From Halobacteriales archaeon (GTDB taxonomy: Archaea; Halobacteriota; Halobacteria; Halobacteriales; SKSH01), in the NCBI GenBank assembly GCA_007118145.1, contig SKSD01000015.1:11268-75267 (forward strand): a stretch of DNA of 64,000 bases, given 5' to 3'. The notes under the pieces were generated by a model. That model was not told where the DNA came from and ran no database searches. It saw only the letters and a program-made list of their open reading frames with translations. Made by a program: the position numbers and the translations under genes. This document shows positions 48,862-56,638 of the stretch, piece after piece (position 1 is the first letter of the stretch; the number at the start of each line of letters is the position of its first letter).

Positions 48862-50691
48862 TCAACTGCTAGTGATCCGTATCGCTTGACCCGCGTGGAT
48901 GGCGCGTTCTAATTCATCAGCGATCGCACTCCCACGCGTCACCTTGATCTCGCCATCTCGACCCACCGTCGCCGTGAAGATGTAATCCCCCTCAGCGTGC
49001 ACCTCGACGGTCTCGCCGACCCGGTCTGTTGCAGGGATGATGATCTGACGTCCGGTGATCTCCGGTGTCACCGATCTGCCATCACCACCAGGGGACGCTG
49101 GTGTGGCGCTGGTATCCTCGAGTTGCCTGATATCCAGATGGACACCGAGTGTGCGCTCGAGCTCTTGTACTCGAGCTCCACCTGATCCGATCACTGCGGC
49201 GATATCTGGTTCGGGTACGTACACGATCGCCTCGTTTTGACCCTTCAACTCGACCTCGACCGGGCCAGGGACGATACGTGATATTTCACGCTCGATCTCG
49301 TTCGCTGCGAGGCGGTCCATCCCACCTGGCTCTGCAGGTTTGACCTCGCTTACCGGTACGGTCACCACTTGTCGGTTGAAGGTATAGATCTCATATGCGG
49401 GGTTGCCCGTCTCGAAGTCCCGAATCATGATCACCGGGCGTGCGAGATCTTCCTCTGTGAGCCCTGCAGGCACCTTCACCTCGGTCGTGACATCGTAGAC
49501 AGTCTCTACCTCTCCTGCGTCGATGAACACGACCGTATCGACGATCTGCGGTATCATCCCAAGCTCGACACGTCCGATGAGCCGTTGGAGGGCGTCGATC
49601 GCACGGGTGGCATGTACGACACCGATCATGCCGACCCCCGCCAGGCGCATATCTGCGAACACGAGGAAATCGTCGGTCTTGCGTACCTCGTCGTAGATGG
49701 TGTAATCTGGTCTGACCATCAACAGTGAGTCAGCTGTCTTGGCCATCTCACCACCGAGTGCAGTATACTGTGTCACCTCGGGTCCGACCTGGAGATCTCG
49801 AGGGTTCTCCATCGTCTTGACGGCATAATCATGGTCGCTGAGAAACTCTGCGACGGCCTGTGCAAACGTCGACTTCCCTGCACCTGGAGCCCCTGCGATG
49901 AGCACCCCACGCTGGCGAACCAGGAGGCGCTCTTTGAGCTCCTCTGAGAACTGATAATCCTCGAGAGAGGTGACCACGATGGGTCGGACAGCGGTGATCT
50001 CGAGAGCCTCTGAGAAGGGTGGTCGGGCGATAGCTATCCTGAGGTCGCGGAACTGGACGATCGTCATCCCTGGCTCGTTCATCTCGATGAACCCTTCCTC
50101 GCTCTCCTTCGCAGCATCGTTAATCTCCTGGGCGAGTTCCTTGACGTATGCCTCGGTCAATACATCATCACCGATCGCCTGGTAATGCATCTCGCCGATC
50201 GACCCTCGCTTGGCCATCGGCTCGAGGCCGACCTTGAGGTGTACACTCATCGTCTGTTCGTCGAAATATTCCTCGATAGAGAGAGAATCGATATCGCGGG
50301 GGCGAGGTGAGATATACTCGACCTGGATGCCCTTCGCACGGGCCACCTCACTTTGCACCACATCGCTCGTGAAAAAGAGTGCGTCGTGCTCAGCTGCGAG
50401 ATTTCGTATCATCGCATCGATCTCACCCTCGCTTGCCTTGCGGTGGGCCGATGGACCGGGGCGCTCACCGATATAGGCTAGTTCGATCACACCATCATCT
50501 GCTAGATCGGCAAGACGTTGAAGCTCCTTGAGCCCCGACCACCCTGTCGGTAATCCATCGTTCGCCTGCGATTCGAGTTCTGCGACCACTGCCTCGGGGA
50601 CGAGCACCCTGATATCCTCGAAGTCCCCTTGCGTGATTTTTTCGGACACGCGTCCATCGACGATCACACTCGTGTCCGGTAAGACGTTCAT
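48862..50691 (-). CDS. PIN domain - PilT/PhoH-like ATPase - KH domain protein (COG1855-type)
   Basis: N-terminal PIN (VLPDTSVIVDG), Walker A AGAPGAGKST and a C-terminal KH (IGSGGARVQELE). The start is at MNVLPD (50691), because the upstream extension is antisense to the M20 gene. Confidence 0.8.
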   Translation of the reverse strand: MNVLPDTSVIVDGRVSEKITQGDFEDIRVLVPEAVVAELESQANDGLPTGWSGLKELQRLADLADDGVIELAYIGERPGPSAHRKASEGEIDAMIRNLAAEHDALFFTSDVVQSEVARAKGIQVEYISPRPRDIDSLSIEEYFDEQTMSVHLKVGLEPMAKRGSIGEMHYQAIGDDVLTEAYVKELAQEINDAAKESEEGFIEMNEPGMTIVQFRDLRIAIARPPFSEALEITAVRPIVVTSLEDYQFSEELKERLLVRQRGVLIAGAPGAGKSTFAQAVAEFLSDHDYAVKTMENPRDLQVGPEVTQYTALGGEMAKTADSLLMVRPDYTIYDEVRKTDDFLVFADMRLAGVGMIGVVHATRAIDALQRLIGRVELGMIPQIVDTVVFIDAGEVETVYDVTTEVKVPAGLTEEDLARPVIMIRDFETGNPAYEIYTFNRQVVTVPVSEVKPAEPGGMDRLAANEIEREISRIVPGPVEVELKGQNEAIVYVPEPDIAAVIGSGGARVQELERTLGVHLDIRQLEDTSATPASPGGDGRSVTPEITGRQIIIPATDRVGETVEVHAEGDYIFTATVGRDGEIKVTRGSAIADELERAIHAGQAIRITSS

Positions 50692-50799
50692 ACGATTGGT
50701 ACGTTCTGATGGTGCAAAAGGATGTTTAACGGCGATGGTGGGTGATACGGTCTCGCAAGGTTCGCAGCCCTTAGGAGCCATCCCAGCGAACCCGAGGGT

Positions 50800-51882
50800 A
50801 TGGAAGAGGTTGCCTCCCTGACTGAATCGCTCGTCGAGATACCGAGTCACGAGGACGAAACCGAGGCCGGGGATTTCATCGAGAAATGGCTCAAGAAGCA
50901 TACCGATGCAGCAGTTCGCCGTGACTATGTCGGCAATGTCATCGCTGTCCGGGGTGAGGGCGAGGAGACGCTTGCCCTGGTCGGCCATCATGACGTGGTA
51001 CCACCCAGTGATGACCAGGTGGCCGAAGACGACTCGATGGAGGTCTATCGTTCTAATGGCCGCATCTTCGGCCGTGGTGCTGCTGACATGAAGGGGGCTG
51101 TGGCGGCGATGATGCTCGCATTCCGTGACGCAGAGACGAGCGGACGTATCGCGTTCGCGAGCTTCGTTGGTGAGGAGGTCGGTGGGGTTGGTGCGAGACA
51201 TGCGGTCGAGCACGGGTTCGTGCCGACGTATGCGGTCATCGGCGAGGGGTCAGCAGGATATCGGACACCCGGGACTCTCGACGTCGTCACCCTCCATCGC
51301 GGAAGACGTGGCTCGACACTGTTTGCAAGGGGTATCTCTTGCCATGCCAGCGAGCCCGACGCCGGTGAGAACGCTATCTACCGAGCGGTCGATGCCATCC
51401 AACGGCTTCGCAACCTCGACCGCCCCTCGCTCGAGGTTCACAACGAGGAGGTGAGGGCGACGCTCGAGGTGACCAACATCGAGGCGGGTACGGCGATGAA
51501 CGTGATCCCCGAGGTGTGCACTGCGACCATCGATGAACGGACCCTGCCGGGTCAGTCTATGCCCATCCAACGCTGTATCGACTCGATCGAGGGGGTCACC
51601 TGGGAGGTCGATCACGATTGGCCATCGATGCGGTGTCACGATGAGACGTTTGCTACCGAGGTGCGACAGATCCTCTCTGAAGTGCAATCGCAACCTCCAT
51701 CCTTCGCTCCAAAGCCACATGCGACAGATGCCAGCTGGTTGGCGGCTAAGGGGACCGCGACCGTCGTGGTCGGGCCAGCTGAGAAGGGCGAGGCGCATAC
51801 CTCGACTGAGAGCGTGAGTATCGAACTTCTCGATGCAGCGAGACGTGGCTATCAGGCGATGCTGGCGTCGACACTTGTGTGA
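50800..51882 (+). CDS. M20-family metallopeptidase (ArgE/DapE/LysK-like deacylase)
   Basis: LVGHHDVVPP, GRGAADMKG and SFVGEEVGG motifs. Confidence 0.8.
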   Translation: MEEVASLTESLVEIPSHEDETEAGDFIEKWLKKHTDAAVRRDYVGNVIAVRGEGEETLALVGHHDVVPPSDDQVAEDDSMEVYRSNGRIFGRGAADMKGAVAAMMLAFRDAETSGRIAFASFVGEEVGGVGARHAVEHGFVPTYAVIGEGSAGYRTPGTLDVVTLHRGRRGSTLFARGISCHASEPDAGENAIYRAVDAIQRLRNLDRPSLEVHNEEVRATLEVTNIEAGTAMNVIPEVCTATIDERTLPGQSMPIQRCIDSIEGVTWEVDHDWPSMRCHDETFATEVRQILSEVQSQPPSFAPKPHATDASWLAAKGTATVVVGPAEKGEAHTSTESVSIELLDAARRGYQAMLASTLV

Positions 51883-51932
51883 TTCACGTCAGTGCCACGA
51901 AATGGTATGCCTGCCTCGATGTCCCCGACCGA

Positions 51933-52757
51933 TCATGCAGAGACGATCCGGTAGCGGTCATCGTATGCGATCTTATCGAGTGATTCGATACCCGTATCTG
52001 TTGCACACACCGGGCAGGTCGGGTCGTGCTCGATATCGATTGCGTCTATGTGTAACCCGAGGGTATCGATGAGGAGCAGACGGCCTAATGGGCTGTCACC
52101 GATACCACTGGCGTGTTTGATCGCCTCGCTCGCCTGGATGCTCCCCACAATGCCAGGTACGGGGCCGAGCACACCTGCAGTCGCACAATCTGGGACGGTC
52201 CCCGGTGGTGGTGCCTCGGGGAAGAGACAACGGTAACACGGCCCGGCTCTGGCCGGGTCGAACGTGATTACCTGTCCCTCGAAACGATAGACGGCACCGT
52301 GTACGAATGGAATCTCGGCCACGGTACACGCGTCATTGATGAGAAACCGTGACTCAAAACGGTCTGTCGCATCAACGACCAGGTCGTACCCAGGGATGAG
52401 CTCACCAACTGATGACAGATCGAGTGTTCGGTTGTAGGTGCGAATCTCGACATCTGGATTATGGGAGTTGATCCAATCTGACGCACTCGCAACCTTGGGT
52501 CGGCCGATATCATCCTCGCCGTGGAGCAGCTGACGATGGAGGTTCGAGCGTTCGACTCGGTCATCATCGATGATGCCGAGGGTGCCCACACCGGCACCTG
52601 CAAGATACATCAAGACTGGCGAGCCGAGTCCACCTGCCCCGACGACGAGTATCCTCGCTTCACGGAGCCCAGCTTGCCCCCCACTGCCGAACCCATCAAG
52701 GACGAGCTGTCGAGCATATCGCTCAAGCTGTGTCGCCGAGAGGTTCAACTCGCTCAT
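51933..52757 (-). CDS. ubaA: E1-like SAMP-activating / MoeB-ThiF family adenylyltransferase
   Basis: RYARQL, VVGAGGLGSP, SNLHRQ, and the CxxC pairs CYRC and CPVC. Confidence 0.85.
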   Translation of the reverse strand: MSELNLSATQLERYARQLVLDGFGSGGQAGLREARILVVGAGGLGSPVLMYLAGAGVGTLGIIDDDRVERSNLHRQLLHGEDDIGRPKVASASDWINSHNPDVEIRTYNRTLDLSSVGELIPGYDLVVDATDRFESRFLINDACTVAEIPFVHGAVYRFEGQVITFDPARAGPCYRCLFPEAPPPGTVPDCATAGVLGPVPGIVGSIQASEAIKHASGIGDSPLGRLLLIDTLGLHIDAIDIEHDPTCPVCATDTGIESLDKIAYDDRYRIVSA

Positions 52758-52880
52758 GGTGGGAGTAGGTGTGGGTCTGGAAAAAGCACGCGGATTGCTG
52801 CCTCGATGTCACAAAAACCGGTGAAATCAGCGGGTTTCTCAAGTTTTTTACAACTCCCTCTGAGAATACAATCACCGTAG

Positions 52881-54215
52881 ATGGCCCTCCACTCTCGCAG
52901 ACAGTTATTGACTGGGATCGGTGTCTTCGCAACGACGTTGGTGGCCGGTTGTACCGCAGATCGTGAGGTACAGACACCCGAGCCGACCCCGACACCTACT
53001 GACTCACCGACACCACCAGCGGCCACACCGTACACCCCAACTACACCAGCTACCGGGACACCGACTGACGACGAGGATGTAGTCGAGACCGAACCCACCG
53101 ACCTCGATGCGTCACCACTGCAACCTGCATGGGAGCAGATCCTGCCTGGACAGTACGAACTCTCGACACCGGGGCTGGGCGAACAGCATGTGTTTATTGG
53201 CTCTAGACGGGAGATTTTCGCCGTCAACCGTGATACCGGTGTGATCGACTGGGCGACCGACCTCGGTGCGATGACGCGAGCCATCACTCCGGAGGTGACG
53301 GATGGGGCGGTATACGCAGCTGCCCGCAATCTCATGGGTAATCAGATACAGGAGGATAATATTGATGGTGTGTGGGTTGACGAACATGACTATGATGAGC
53401 CGACAGGTGGATCGACACTCAGTGCGCTTGAACCTACTAGTGGTGCTGTCCTCTGGGAGAACTCGTTACCTATCTCGGGTAGTCCCGTGCTCGATAATGA
53501 CCAGCTCTTCATCGGTCTAGCGACACTCGACGGACGCACCGGGGTTGCATCGGTTCATCCGGCTGACGGATCGGTCAACTGGAAGGTTGAGGTAGATACG
53601 CCCGAGGTGTTCTCGAATCCTTCGTTCAGTGACGATTGCATCCTCTTCACCACCGGTCCTGACGAAGCCGGTGACAGCTGGGTCGTATCCGTTTCACAGG
53701 CGGGCGAGCTTCGTTGGACCCGCAGACTCGAGGGGGAGGTTTGGAACGAACTCACGGTGGCCGATGGGGTCGCTTACGCCGGTACCGACGAGGGTGTGTT
53801 GTACGCCATCGAATCGGATAACACCGTCAACTGGTCACGTGTCGTGTCCGATGCACCGAGGAACGCCATCCACACGACACCGGCAGTCCACAACGGGGTG
53901 GTGTACGTCTCAGCCACGAATCGTCTCTTCGCCCTCGATGCAGAAGACGGTGAAGAGCTCTGGCGTGGAGGCTATACCGACGATGCGAGATCCGGTATCA
54001 GTATCTCAGGTGGAATGGTACACGTCGGCGGGTTAGAGATATCCTCGTTCGATCTCGATGGAAACGAGGCGAAGTGGCGTATCGACCTGCCAGGATCGGC
54101 TGGATCGTTCGGTGCGCCGCTTTACGATGAACACGATGAGGCCATCTATACCGGTGCGTGTGTGAAGATCGATAACTTCGACTGGTACGAACATACGCTC
54201 TATCGTCTCGAGTGA
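52881..54215 (+). CDS. secreted PQQ-like beta-propeller repeat lipoprotein
   Basis: Twin-arginine plus lipobox leader (SRRQLLTGIGVFATTLVAGC), a Pro/Thr-rich linker and repeated ..DG.(V/L)(N/L)W.. propeller blades. Confidence 0.75.
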   Translation: MALHSRRQLLTGIGVFATTLVAGCTADREVQTPEPTPTPTDSPTPPAATPYTPTTPATGTPTDDEDVVETEPTDLDASPLQPAWEQILPGQYELSTPGLGEQHVFIGSRREIFAVNRDTGVIDWATDLGAMTRAITPEVTDGAVYAAARNLMGNQIQEDNIDGVWVDEHDYDEPTGGSTLSALEPTSGAVLWENSLPISGSPVLDNDQLFIGLATLDGRTGVASVHPADGSVNWKVEVDTPEVFSNPSFSDDCILFTTGPDEAGDSWVVSVSQAGELRWTRRLEGEVWNELTVADGVAYAGTDEGVLYAIESDNTVNWSRVVSDAPRNAIHTTPAVHNGVVYVSATNRLFALDAEDGEELWRGGYTDDARSGISISGGMVHVGGLEISSFDLDGNEAKWRIDLPGSAGSFGAPLYDEHDEAIYTGACVKIDNFDWYEHTLYRLE

Positions 54216-54275
54216 GCGTTCCCAAGGTACCCGCCTTCGGAATCACTAAACCCCAATCAACCGTAGCCATCATCG

Positions 54276-55637
54276 ATGGATTGGACCGAGCGTTACCGTC
54301 CCCGTTCGCTCAGCGAGATACGTGGCAATGACAAGGCAGTCTCACAGTTACGAGACTGGGCAGGCTCGTGGGAGAACCATCGTGAGGCAGTCATCTTGCA
54401 CGGTCCACCCGGGGTGGGCAAAACCTCGAGCGCACACGCACTGGCCGAGGAGATGGGGTGGTCGGTGGTCGAACTCAACGCAAGTGACCAACGGACCAAG
54501 CGCATTATCGAGTCGATAGCTGGCGAGGCAGCCGCATCTGGGACGCTGACGGAGGGCGCCAGCGGTAGACGTCTCATCGTCCTTGACGAGGCGGATAACC
54601 TGCACGGAAATGTCGATCGGGGCGGAACGGGAGCGATCACACGACTGGTGTCGGCAGCCGACCAACCGTTCGTCCTCATCGCGAACGAGTATTACGATAT
54701 GTCCCACGGGCTGCGCAACCGCTGTCGGGGGATCGAGTTTCGCTCGATCACGTCGCGTTCGATCGTCCCGGTGCTCCGCGATATCTGCAGGCGTGAGGGA
54801 ATCCAATTCGAGGAGGCAGCCCTCGAGCACATCGCAGAGCAAACCAGCGGTGATCTGCGTTCGGCGATACAGGATCTGCAGGCGATCGCATCCGGGCGCG
54901 ATGCACTCGAGGTTGATGACGTCATCACCGCCGAACGCGACCGGACTGACAACATCTTCACCTTCCTCGATGGCGTCATCAAGGAACACAATCCACGGGA
55001 TGCGCAACGGGCTGCCTATCGGGTCGATGAGACCCCCGATGACCTACTAGCCTGGCTCGACGAGAACGTCCCAAAGGATTTCACGGGTGGCGAATTGGCT
55101 CGTGCCTACCGCCATCTCGCACTCGCCGACCGCTGGCTCGGGCGCGTGATGGCCACCCAGGAGTACCGCTACTGGCGGTACGCGACGAACCACCTCACCG
55201 CCGGTGTCGCGAGTTCGCGCGACGGGCCGAAAGGTGGATGGACCCGATACGGTCCCCCTGGCTATCGTCGCCGCCTCGGGCAATCACGAGGGAGTCGAAA
55301 CGTCCGTGATGCCATCGCCAGACGGATCGCTGAACATGGAGCGATGAGCGTTGCGACTGCCAGGCGAGAAGTGCTCCCGTACGTCGGAGCGATGACGCAC
55401 CACTGCAAGCCGCGTGCGTTCACCGAGTCAGTGGCCACGGCGTTCGAACTCGATGCCAAGGAGCTCAGTTACCTGACCGGCAGCGGTGCGGATACGAACA
55501 AGGTGACCTCGATCGTTGAGGCAGCCACCGATCGACGCGAACCGGCTGAGACGACCGTCAAAGAGGTCGATTACGAACCAGCCGAGGCCGAGGGTGACGA
55601 TGCCACCGGTCAGGCTGGACTCGGTGACTTCCTCTGA
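54276..55637 (+). CDS. rfcL: replication factor C large subunit
   Basis: WTERYRP, Walker A GPPGVGKTS and Walker B VLDEADN. The C-terminus has a PIP box, QAGLGDFL. Confidence 0.9.
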   Translation: MDWTERYRPRSLSEIRGNDKAVSQLRDWAGSWENHREAVILHGPPGVGKTSSAHALAEEMGWSVVELNASDQRTKRIIESIAGEAAASGTLTEGASGRRLIVLDEADNLHGNVDRGGTGAITRLVSAADQPFVLIANEYYDMSHGLRNRCRGIEFRSITSRSIVPVLRDICRREGIQFEEAALEHIAEQTSGDLRSAIQDLQAIASGRDALEVDDVITAERDRTDNIFTFLDGVIKEHNPRDAQRAAYRVDETPDDLLAWLDENVPKDFTGGELARAYRHLALADRWLGRVMATQEYRYWRYATNHLTAGVASSRDGPKGGWTRYGPPGYRRRLGQSRGSRNVRDAIARRIAEHGAMSVATARREVLPYVGAMTHHCKPRAFTESVATAFELDAKELSYLTGSGADTNKVTSIVEAATDRREPAETTVKEVDYEPAEAEGDDATGQAGLGDFL

Positions 55638-55711
55638 CGACCACCTTTACTTTCACCGACCACTCCTGGCGCGAGTTTAACCGGTCATCGGTGTAAGTCA
55701 AGCGTCCGAGA

Positions 55712-56386
55712 ATGACGTTATCCGAATCAATACCACCCGAGCTTGCCGAGCTCGAGCCCGGCTTGACCTATCTCGACACAGCCGACCCACGCACAGGTGC
55801 GCTTCACGGGATGGTCGAACTGTCACTCACCGCGGAACCCACCGGAGAGATCCTCTGGGTAGACGCACGAAACAGTGCGACGACATACGCGTTCGCCGAT
55901 GCGACCATCCAACATCGTGTACTGTCGGGGATACAGGTGGCCCGCGCGTTCACCGCCTATCAGCATCACTCGTTGATCCACCAGCTGGTCGAGCATATCG
56001 ATGAGCAGACCGCACTCGTGGTCACTCCATGTCTTGGCGCTCTCTACGCCGACGATGATGTCCCTGATGTCGAGGCAGCGATGCTCTTCGCAGATATCAT
56101 CGACACGCTCGACCGACTCGCCGAGGAGCACGCGATACCGATCCTCGTCACGGCGACAACGACACCGTTCGTCAACGAGGTGGTCACCCGTGTCGATCGC
56201 ACGATCACCATCACACAGACCGACCTCGGGCTGGCGTTCGAGACCGATACGTTCCAGACGACGGTCTACCACGGGCCAGGCTATTGGCAGACAACCATCC
56301 CCTACTGGGTCGATCTGTTCGGCCATATCGACCCGGCTGTCGAGGCGATGTGGGAACCCCAGCCATCGCTGGCAACCCTGGGGTGA
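55712..56386 (+). CDS. RadA/RadB-like (RecA-fold) protein lacking the Walker A and B catalytic residues
   Basis: By eye it follows the RadB strand order: ILWVDARNS (compare VVYIDTEG), ALVVTPCLGALYADDD (compare LVVVDSxxALY) and IPILVTATT (compare VVVTNQV). There is no GxxGxGKT/S. See findings. Confidence 0.55.
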   Translation: MTLSESIPPELAELEPGLTYLDTADPRTGALHGMVELSLTAEPTGEILWVDARNSATTYAFADATIQHRVLSGIQVARAFTAYQHHSLIHQLVEHIDEQTALVVTPCLGALYADDDVPDVEAAMLFADIIDTLDRLAEEHAIPILVTATTTPFVNEVVTRVDRTITITQTDLGLAFETDTFQTTVYHGPGYWQTTIPYWVDLFGHIDPAVEAMWEPQPSLATLG

Positions 56387-56392
56387 CTCGCT

Positions 56393-56632
56393 ATGGGACG
56401 GACCAACCCGACCTACCGCGACCTGCTCCGGCGGTACGAGGAGTCGCTACAACCCTACCGTCGCGGTCTTCGCAAGGCGGATCAGGCACACTTCGACCGG
56501 CTGTTCGACCGTGCGCGCCAGCATGCCGATGCGGCAACCTATCAGAACGCGACCGACCCGGAGACGATCGTATTGCTATCGATGCTCCTCGCCCACGAGC
56601 GCGAACTTCATGCGTCCCAGACCGAGGGGTGA
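56393..56632 (+). CDS. 79-aa helical protein, hypothetical
   Basis: MGRTNPTYRDLLRRYEESLQPYRR.. The protein is Arg-rich and helical. It has 6-nt gaps to both neighbours. Confidence 0.55.
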   Translation: MGRTNPTYRDLLRRYEESLQPYRRGLRKADQAHFDRLFDRARQHADAATYQNATDPETIVLLSMLLAHERELHASQTEG

Positions 56633-56638
56633 GGGGAG

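Noticed and set aside
50692-51213. A 174-codon N-terminal extension of the long track ORF 48862..51213.
   Set aside because: It runs antisense through the start of the well-supported M20 peptidase gene. Its composition is Cys/His/Arg-rich and non-acidic. The conserved PIN domain begins exactly at the internal MNVLPDTSVIVDG. I treat it as an open-frame artefact of GC-rich DNA.
52950-53100. Repetitive ACC/CCG/ACA-rich DNA that looks like a tandem repeat.
   Set aside because: It is in frame and encodes the Pro/Thr-rich linker (PEPTPTPTDSPTPPAATPYTPTTPATGTPTDD) of the secreted propeller lipoprotein. It is low-complexity coding sequence, not a repeat element.
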